A stretch of 64,000 nucleotides of DNA from Promethearchaeota archaeon. GTDB taxonomy: Archaea > Asgardarchaeota > Heimdallarchaeia > Hodarchaeales > Hodarchaeaceae. This document shows, piece by piece, positions 61,689-64,000 of the stretch (position 1 is the stretch's first letter; each line of letters begins with the position of its first letter). The translations under genes and the position numbers were made by a program. The notes beneath the pieces are model-generated. The model was not told the DNA's origin and made no database searches. It saw only the letters and a program-made list of their open reading frames with translations. The DNA is taken from positions 160,001-224,000 of the forward strand of contig JBHLMN010000001.1 of the NCBI GenBank assembly GCA_048938105.1. The letters are read 5' to 3'.

Positions 61689-62942
61689 CTATTTATTCAA
61701 TCTTTGAAGTAATAAATACGTTCTATGTGCATTTTTGGCGTCACTAAAATCACGAAATAAACGGAAACAGAATTTTCTCCTTTCTGAGTCCTTTTGTGGA
61801 TTTTTAATATATAAATCGATAGTTTTAAGGAGATCTGTAAAATTTTTCACGATTTCTCCTGGAAAGCTTTTGAAAAAATCAAAACTGAATCCTCTTACCT
61901 GATTATAATATTTCCAATCATTAGCAAGAGCAATTATAGGGCGATTTAGATAAAGGAAGTCATAGATAATTCCAGAATAATCTGTAATAAGGATATCTGA
62001 ATATTTCAATAAATACTCTACATAAGGGACGATATGAAATGAAGCATTCTTAATTAATGGTGAATCCATTTTTCTATCAAATGTCTCTGCAATCTCTCTA
62101 GTATTTAGGTGATATCTATAAAGTAAGATTGCATTGTGCTTCCTCAAAGACTGTTCAAGTTGATTAAGTGAAAAATCCTTGAGAAATGGAAGATATGGGG
62201 GCCTAGAAATAAAATGGGGTCTAAATGTAGGTGCATACAATATTACTTTATCAAATTCATCGATTATAGATTTCACTAATTCCTCCCAAGGTGCATCTAA
62301 TGGAGATTGGGAAAAAAATAAATCATTTCTTGTAAATCCAATAGGAATGCATTGCTCAAACGGGATCTTTACAACGGAGGAGTATAGGAACCTTTCCAAT
62401 TCAGATCCTACAATATAGTACATTCGATAAGGCTTGTTTCTATTTAGTTTTTTACTTATAAACATCATTTTTTTAACTTTAGAAGGTTTTTTTTGCTGGA
62501 AAAGTTCTTTTCTATACTTCCACTCCCTAAATTCCGCAGGGACACCTGTTGCTTTCAGAGGGGTGCCATGTCGTAACGTAATGAATAATCTTCGTGGGTC
62601 TCTTCCTAACTTTGTCCAGTAGAAATCAGCATTACCATGAGTTATCAGGAAAATTTTTGATCTTAATATTATAAATAAATCTCTTAGATTCTTTGGATCT
62701 AGGTTACCTTTCAGGTTACGATTTGTAGTAATCATGAATACTGTGTAAGGAATAATTTTATTCTCTTGATGACGTTTTTTTAAATATCGAAGGAAGTAAT
62801 AATTATTGGAATCCAGATATAAACGTCCATGATTAGCTAAGATAATCATATAAGGATCTAGTGGAATTAAAAATGCAATGATACTTACTAATTCGTTGAC
62901 AATAGCTTTTACTAAATTTTTGATGGTATACATATGAAACAA
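61689..62942 (-). CDS. CDP-glycerol glycerophosphotransferase (TagB/TagF family)
   Basis: HGTPLK, GFTRND, ILYAPTFR, RYH and DILITDYSGIIYDF motifs. Confidence 0.88.
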   Translation of the reverse strand: MFHMYTIKNLVKAIVNELVSIIAFLIPLDPYMIILANHGRLYLDSNNYYFLRYLKKRHQENKIIPYTVFMITTNRNLKGNLDPKNLRDLFIILRSKIFLITHGNADFYWTKLGRDPRRLFITLRHGTPLKATGVPAEFREWKYRKELFQQKKPSKVKKMMFISKKLNRNKPYRMYYIVGSELERFLYSSVVKIPFEQCIPIGFTRNDLFFSQSPLDAPWEELVKSIIDEFDKVILYAPTFRPHFISRPPYLPFLKDFSLNQLEQSLRKHNAILLYRYHLNTREIAETFDRKMDSPLIKNASFHIVPYVEYLLKYSDILITDYSGIIYDFLYLNRPIIALANDWKYYNQVRGFSFDFFKSFPGEIVKNFTDLLKTIDLYIKNPQKDSERRKFCFRLFRDFSDAKNAHRTYLLLQRLNK

Positions 62943-63419
62943 ATTAGATAACCGCCTAGATCCTTCAAAAAAGAAGTAATTTAAAACTATTGATCTTTGG
63001 TTGCTACTTCTTAACCATTTATTTGTTATATATATTAACCTCTATTCGCTATAAAGCGCCTTAATATCTTGTTTTACAAGTTAATCATTAAATATTCCTT
63101 TATTACTTGAGTTAAATTTTTTTGGGGGTCATTTTTTGATCCGTATCAGTCATTTAGAGGACTTTAGAAACTTTAAAAATCAGTTAAATTCTATTGAATT
63201 CTAAAAATCGAAGATATAAACTAATAATTAAGATCCTATATCAAATCGATAATTATTCGACAAATATGAAAGAAATATTCAGATTTTGCATAAATAGAAT
63301 AATAAATATCGGAAACTCTTAAGAATGATTATAACCTAAATTGTCTGAAGTTATATGAATTACATGATTATAGAGATACTAAGAAGGTTAGTAGATTATT
63401 TTCAAAAGGAGAAAAATTA

Positions 63420-64000
63420 ATGCAAGCTGTTATCTTATCGGCTGGATTTGGAAAACGATTAAGACCAATAACAAATTCCATTCCAAAGGGCCTTGTAAAG
63501 GTCAACAACATACCTATTATAATTAATACCTTAAATATTCTAACAAGGTATTCTCTGGATCGAATTATAATTGTAACTGGGTATTTAGAAAATGAATTGA
63601 AAAAAGCAATCGGAGATTATTGGAATGGAGTAAAAATTATCTATGTGTATAATGAGATATTTGCGACAACCAATAATATTTACTCATTGTGGCTAGTTAA
63701 AGAATATTTGAAATCTGACACACTATTGCTCGAATGTGATATCTTCTTTGAGAAAGAAGTGATGGAGAGAATATTTACCCAAAAAAATAAAAATTTAATA
63801 GTACTAAGTGAAATTAAACCTGGAATGCATGGAACAGTCGTGGAAGTTAATAGGGTGGGAGAAGTTGCAAAGATGTACCCTTCTAAAGATCAAATAGAAA
63901 ATTTTGATTATTCTAATAAATTTAAAACAGTAAATATCTATTGGTTTAAGAAAGATTTTCTTGAGAATATTTTTATTCCTACTTTAGATACATATGTCAA
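63420..64000 (+). CDS. LicC-like phosphocholine/phospho-polyol cytidylyltransferase (partial, runs off the window)
   Basis: Not in the ORF track. Manual translation gives MQAVILSAGFGKRLRPITNSIPKGLV...VTGY...TTNNIYSLWL...LLECDI; AGGAG RBS at 63407-63411. Confidence 0.85.
   Translation, partial: MQAVILSAGFGKRLRPITNSIPKGLVKVNNIPIIINTLNILTRYSLDRIIIVTGYLENELKKAIGDYWNGVKIIYVYNEIFATTNNIYSLWLVKEYLKSDTLLLECDIFFEKEVMERIFTQKNKNLIVLSEIKPGMHGTVVEVNRVGEVAKMYPSKDQIENFDYSNKFKTVNIYWFKKDFLENIFIPTLDTYV

Noticed and set aside
2916-62622. Remaining short ORFs nested in or antisense to larger genes (e.g. 2916, 7712, 31519, 50701, 55857, 57913, 62179)
   Set aside because: They overlap well-supported CDSs and have no motifs of their own.

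Overview
This is an AT-rich, gene-dense window with no rRNA, tRNA, CRISPR array or transposase visible. Almost all of it is one large surface-glycan biosynthesis and decoration island. The host is most likely an archaeon, plausibly Asgard/Heimdallarchaeia-like. This is inferred from the split MetE, an HTH-CBS regulator, a beta-helix protein with the W-x-G-N-G-T-x-x-N-P-Y motif, GGTG(A)-type RBSs and many TTG/GTG starts. The island encodes about 9 GT4 and 2 GT2 glycosyltransferases, three GT-C-like polytopic membrane proteins and two flippases. Its nucleotide-sugar enzymes include UDP-Glc dehydrogenase, UDP-xylose synthase, a GDP-Man 3,5-epimerase-like protein and two WecC-like dehydrogenases. 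It also carries a broad decoration kit for sulfation, methylation, carbamoylation, polyol-phosphate/phosphocholine and amino-ulosonate, plus genes supplying the donors PAPS (sat, cysC) and SAM (split metE, bacterial/eukaryote-type metK). The best candidates for undescribed biology are four. (1) A sat-AlkP-cysC operon is preceded by two small ribbon-helix-helix proteins carrying the 'LEKLGY' tail that is missing from the AlkP enzyme. (2) Two unannotated PAPS-type sulfotransferases lie beside a membrane-anchored aryl-sulfate sulfotransferase and a flippase, which may form a trans-membrane sulfate relay. (3) An RHH domain is fused to an apparently inactive nucleotidyltransferase, a candidate nucleotide-sugar-sensing transcription factor. 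(4) An HTH-CBS regulator lies divergent from the Met/SAM operon. All product calls come from motif recognition by eye; no database searches were run.
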